From contig CM000151.3 in NCBI GenBank assembly GCA_000004695.1, forward strand, positions 7,744,001 to 7,808,000: a DNA stretch of 64,000 nucleotides, written 5' to 3'. Positions 60,018-64,000 of this stretch are shown in pieces. Position 1 is the stretch's first letter; every line of letters starts with the position of its first letter. This DNA is from Dictyostelium discoideum. Its lineage: Eukaryota. The position numbers were made by a program, and so were the translations under genes. Under the pieces are notes generated by a model. That model was not told the origin of the DNA. It did not search any database and was given only the letters and a program-made list of their open reading frames with translations.

Positions 60018-60432
60018 TACCTTTTGTTGGAAACCAGCAATTGAACCAAAATCTAATTCGAGTGCTTTTTTCATGTGAGCTGATGGAGTTTCTTTAATAT
60101 TTGAAATTGATCTCCAAAAGAATGAATGGTTGTAGTGAGATGATACTGATTCAAAAAATGGAGCATCCTCAATACTGGTGAATGATTGCTTGATGGCTTG
60201 GTTGATGGTAGTATCTTCCCATGGAGTTCCTAATTATTATTATTTTTATTATTATTATTATAATTATTATTTGTTGTTTCAATGATTATCAATATATTTT
60301 TATTTTTAGTTCAATTTTATTTTTGTCATTAGTAAATTATATTAACATTTAATAATAGTTCAACCTATTTGTTTTATCATATATTGTCTCATTGTCATCA
60401 TCATTATTATTATTATTATCATCATCATAATC

Positions 60433-60479
<47 letters not shown>

Positions 60480-61043
60480 ATTATTATATTAAATTGTCAT
60501 CATCAATATCACTACATCTGTTTTTTGTTTTTGTTGTTGTCGTTGTTTTTTGTTTTTGCTGTTGTTGTTTCTGTTTTTGCTTTTGTTTTTGTTTTTGTTT
60601 TTGCTTTTGTTTTTGTTTTTGTTTTTGTTTTTGTTTTTGTTTTTGATTTTGATTTTGATTTTGTTTTTGTTTTTGTTTTTGATTTTGTTTTTGTTTTTGT
60701 TTTTGTTTTTGTTTTTGATTTGTTGTAATCCTCATAATTCTATTATTGCTATTATATTTGGGAAGTAGATGGTTGAAAAAAAAAAAAAAAAAAAAAAAAA
60801 AATGAAAAAAAAAAAAAAAAAAAGGTAAAATTAAAACATACTTTGAACTAAATTATTTGCTTTTTCGATATCTTCTTGATGAAGTTTTACGTGTTGTTTG
60901 AGTGATGGTACTGACATGAAATTTTTGATACCACTATTTAAATATGGAATTTCTGGGAGTGTGTATATAAATCTTTTTTGCATTTCTGAGGCCATTGATT
61001 TTTGTACCAATGCCATTGTTTTACTAACAATATATCTATTCAT
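59232..61043 (-). CDS. sod2: Manganese superoxide dismutase, mitochondrial precursor, 4 exons join(complement: 61043..60842, 60229..60021, 59732..59550, 59396..59232).
   Basis: Exon 1 is the presequence MNRYIVSKTMALVQKSMASEMQKRF plus ..YTLPEIPYLNSG..KQHVKLHQEDIEKANNLVQ. Exon 2 is ..FFESVSSHYNHSFFWRSIS..ALELDFGSIAGFQQK. Exon 3 is FSQSASALNVPGFTWLVF..KLQNCHPILCLDLFEHAYVSDHGDKN. Exon 4 is KYIANFWSCINWKFVEAKF... These match the Fe/Mn-SOD signatures (H.NHS.FW, GSGW.WL, D.WEHAYY, IWNVINW). Donors GTATGT (60841), GTAAAT (60020) and GTAAAT (59549). Phases are 1,0,0. Intron 1 is ~610 nt and carries microsatellites. Confidence 0.75.
60519..60722. repeat. (TTTTTG)n hexanucleotide microsatellite (~34 units, a few variants) inside sod2 intron 1. 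Adjacent (ATT)n at 60400-60480 and 59940-60010.
   Basis: Regular 6-nt period gtttttgtttttg... with occasional gcttttg/gattttg variants. There are no unique spacers, so it is not CRISPR-like. It gives artefactual poly-FV / poly-KQ ORFs. Confidence 0.95.
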
Positions 61044-61622
61044 TCTTTTATTGATTGTTTGTTTGTGAAAATAAAAATAAACGTAAATTGATCAACAATG
61101 CAATATGAATATTTTGTTTTTTTCGTTCGACAAATGATCAAAAAAAAAAAAAAATAAAAAAAAATAAAAAAAAATAAAAAATAAAAAAAATAAAAAATAA
61201 AAAAAAAAAAAAATTTGGAAAAAAAAAAAAGTGAAAAAATGTTTTAAAAATAATATTAAAATCATTGAATGTAGAAATAATTAATATAAATTAATTTTAA
61301 TTAACTTAATTGATATTTTAAAAATAAATTTAAAATCATTGAATCAATTAAGTTAATATTAAATTAATTTAAATTATTTCTATATTTTTATTAATTTTTT
61401 TCTTTTATTTTTTTATTATTTTTTCTTTTTAATTTTTTCAATTTTTTTTTTTTTATAATACTTAAGTACCATCAAAAAAAAAAAAAAAAAATCAAAATCC
61501 AAAATAAAAAAATCTTAATGTATGACTATTTTTGTTATCTATTTTTATTTTTTTAATTTATTTTTTATTACTGCATTCCAAAACTGGAAAAAATAGGAAA
61601 TTTGGAAGTCAGAAATTATTTT

Positions 61623-61664
<42 letters not shown>

Positions 61665-62144
61665 AAAAAAAAAAAATTATTATTTTGTGTTATCATGATC
61701 AAAATTTAAAGGGGGTCACATAGAAAATAAAAAATAAAAGAAAAAAAAAGAGGTGGCTAACCAGCATCGCATAAATTACTTTTCGTTGCTTTAATGCTGA
61801 AATTTTTATATCTGGACAATCCTTAGAAAATTTTTGTTGACTATTTTGAACAGTTTTCTTTTTTTTCTTTTATTTTTTTTTTTTTTTTTTTTTTTTTTTG
61901 TTTTTTTTTTTTTTATTTTTTAAAAATTAATTTTTTTTTATTTTATTTTTATTTTTTTTTTTTTTTCAAGAATTTGCCTGTTAAAAAATTATTAACATTT
62001 AAAAAGATAGTGAAATATCTATTTTTAATAGTTTTTTTATTTTTTATTTTTTTTTTTATTTATTTATATTTAGATAAAGAAGCGTCATATATGGTATTTA
62101 AATAAGAAAAAATAAAAGAAAAAAATAAAAATAAAAAGAAAAAA

Positions 62145-62176
<32 letters not shown>

Positions 62177-62203
62177 AAAAAATAAAATAAAATAAAAATC
62201 AAG

Positions 62204-64000
62204 ATGAGATTACAAATATTATTAATATACTTAATATGTATAATAGTATCAAGTATAGTTTTAGTAGAGTCAAGTAATAAACATCATTTCAAAGAAAATG
62301 ATGAAGTACCATTCTATGTAAATAATGTTGGACCATATTCAAATCCAACAGAAACCTATGAATTTTATACATTGCCATTTTGTAAACCCTCAAGTATCTC
62401 TTATAAAAAAACCAAATTAGGTGAAATTCTTCAAGGTGATTCAGCTGTTTTATCAGATTATCAATTTCCATTCAAAAGTATGTTTTTTATTTAATAATTT
62501 TTTTATTTTCATTATTTTTATTATTTTAAAACATATTATTAACAAAAAAGAAAAAAAACCTTTTTTTTATTTTTTTATTTTTTTTTTATTAATTAATTAA
62601 TTATTATTTATAGGTAGTTTTGAAAATAAACAACTTTGTGAATATACATTAAAGAAAGAGGATATAGAAAAGTTTAAAAAAGCTATTGGCGAATATTATT
62701 ATGCAGAGATGATTTATGATGATTTACCAATTTTTAGTTTTGTCGGTACTGTTGATGATTCAGATCTAACAAATATTAGATATTACTTATATAATCATAT
62801 TCCATTTGAATTTGATTATAATGGTGATCAAGTAAGTTATTCAAAATAGTTCTTGTGAAAGATATATTAAACATGAAAAGGTTGTACAACCTTTCACAAT
62901 TCGAATATATTTATTAATAGATAAAAAAAACAAAAAACAAAATCTTATAGGTTATTAGAGTTAATATCGATACAGAACATATTAAAGTTATTGAACTCTC
63001 AGATCAAGACGAAATTACTCTCAAATTAACGTATTCAGCAAAATGGCAACCAACCGAACATGAATTTTCAAAGAGAATGGACTTGTACGAAGAATTTTTC
63101 ACAAAGGAATTAGAGATTCATTGGTTATCCGTTATGAACTCTTTCTTTTTAGTTGTATTATTAACTGCATTTTTAGCAATTATGATAATGAAAATTTTAA
63201 AGAATGATTATTCAAGATATTCAAAAACTGATGAAGAAGAAGATTCTGATTGTATGTATTTTGATATTATGGTATTAGTATTATTAGTAATAATAGTAGT
63301 AATGGTAATAGTAATAGTGATAATAGTATTAGTAGTATTGGTAGTAGTAGTAGTAGTAGTAGTAGTGATATTAGTGGTGGTATTAATAGTAACAGTACCT
63401 TATTATTATTATTTTTCTTTATCATTTATTTATTAAAATATCTAATCAAATCAAAATTTTATTATTTTTATTTTTATTTTTTTTATAAATTATAATAATA
63501 GATCAAGAAGATTATGGATGGAAATTAGTTCATGGTGATGTATTTAGATTCCCACCATATAAGAATGTATTTTCAGCATTTTATGGTATTGGTTGGCAAT
63601 TTATTAGTATTGTTTGTGGTATTTTAGCATTATCATTATTTGGTATGTTTTATCCAAACAATGGTGGTAATATGTATACGGCAGGTATTGTTTTATATGC
63701 ATTAACTAGTGGTATCTCTGGTTATCAATCAGCTAAAATGTACAAGAATATGGGAGGTAATAAATGGGCATGGAATATTGTGCTAACAGCAACCCTATTT
63801 GTAGCACCATTATTTATTGTGGTTATTCTTTCAAACACTGTAGCGATTACATGGCATTCAACCGTCGCATTACCAATCCTAACAATGATTGAAGTCATTA
63901 CCATTTGGTTATTTGTTGGTTTCCCTTTGACCGTCGTTGGTGGTATCGCAGGTCGTAGATTATCAGAAAACTTTGAAGCACCATGTCGTACAAAGAATTT
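62204..64000 (+). CDS. Transmembrane 9 superfamily (nonaspanin / Phg1-like) protein, 3'-truncated by window end. Exons join(62204..62477,62614..62831,62951..63251,63502..>64000).
   Basis: Signal peptide MRLQILLIYLICIIVSSIVLVES. VPFYVNNVGPYSNPTETYEFYTLPFCKP matches the TM9SF N-terminal signature (VPFYVNKVGPY.NP.ETY.YY.LPFC). Later ..SKRMDLYEEFFTKELEIHWLSVMNSFFLVVLLTAFLAIMIMKIL.. and ..DYGWKLVHGDVFRFPPYKNVFSAFYGIGWQFISIVCGILALSLFGMFYPNNGGNMYTAGIVLYALTSGISGYQSAKMYKNMGG.. are near-canonical TM9SF2/4. Donors GTATGT 62478, GTAAGT 62832 and GTATGT 63252; acceptors TATAG 62613, TTATAG 62950 and AATAG 63501. Phases 1,0,1. Confidence 0.88.
62853..62899 (+). other. Nested palindrome/hairpin inside TM9SF intron 2.
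   Basis: ttgtgaaag(62853-62861) ... ctttcacaa(62891-62899) are reverse complements. They enclose the perfect 18-nt palindrome aaaggttgtacaaccttt (62877-62894). The element is GC-containing in an AT-rich intron. Confidence 0.5.

Noticed and set aside
60519-60722. Regularly spaced short repeats (gtttttgtttttg...) that could suggest a CRISPR-like array
   Set aside because: The period is only 6 nt and there are no unique spacers. It is a hexanucleotide microsatellite inside a eukaryotic intron.

Overview
Eukaryotic nuclear DNA, not a prokaryotic island. AT content is about 78-80%. The window is full of (AAT)n microsatellites that are translated in frame as poly-Asn/Gln, very long poly-A/T tracts, and short AT-rich introns with GTAAGT/GTATGT donors and (T)n-AG acceptors. 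Coding GC is much higher than spacer GC. All of this is typical of Dictyostelium discoideum or a close dictyostelid. The window is gene-dense: I can support about 30 protein-coding genes on both strands. I reconstructed the exon-intron structure of most of them by hand from the six-frame track plus splice-site reading, so exon ends carry roughly +/-3 nt uncertainty. Clear housekeeping genes are the 23 kDa complex I Fe-S subunit (NDUFS8), a mitochondrial cysteinyl-tRNA synthetase, mitochondrial Met-tRNA formyltransferase, Mn-SOD, an Mpv17/PMP22 protein, long-form tRNase Z (ELAC2), EMC2/TTC35, the AP-1 mu subunit, ribosomal protein S3a, a TM9SF/Phg1 nonaspanin, a SET+MYND (SMYD) protein, a class I SAM methyltransferase, an SDR epimerase/reductase, a Sec1/Munc18-family protein, a TRAF-like RING/MATH protein, a double-PHD protein, two F-box/LRR proteins and a giant CLU-domain+LRR protein. 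The more unusual items are: (i) a 1173-aa protein that is a tandem of a catalytically dead and an apparently active threonine-dehydratase-like PLP domain; (ii) a ~1400-aa signal-peptide/EGF/TM glycoprotein gene whose six introns are all phase 1; (iii) an HssA/2C-7E-type Gly/Ser/Tyr-rich mini-gene; (iv) a ~200-bp segment duplicated upstream of two neighbouring genes, next to a degenerate terpene-synthase-like fragment; (v) a GC/pyrimidine-rich island that I interpret as the 8-nt first coding micro-exon plus TOP-like 5' UTR of rps3a; (vi) a nested perfect palindrome inside a TM9SF intron; and (vii) a 15-bp direct-repeat promoter motif. I saw no CRISPR array, no tRNA or rRNA gene, and no transposon ORF (RT or integrase). 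I cannot run similarity searches, so family assignments rest on recognised motifs that I quote.
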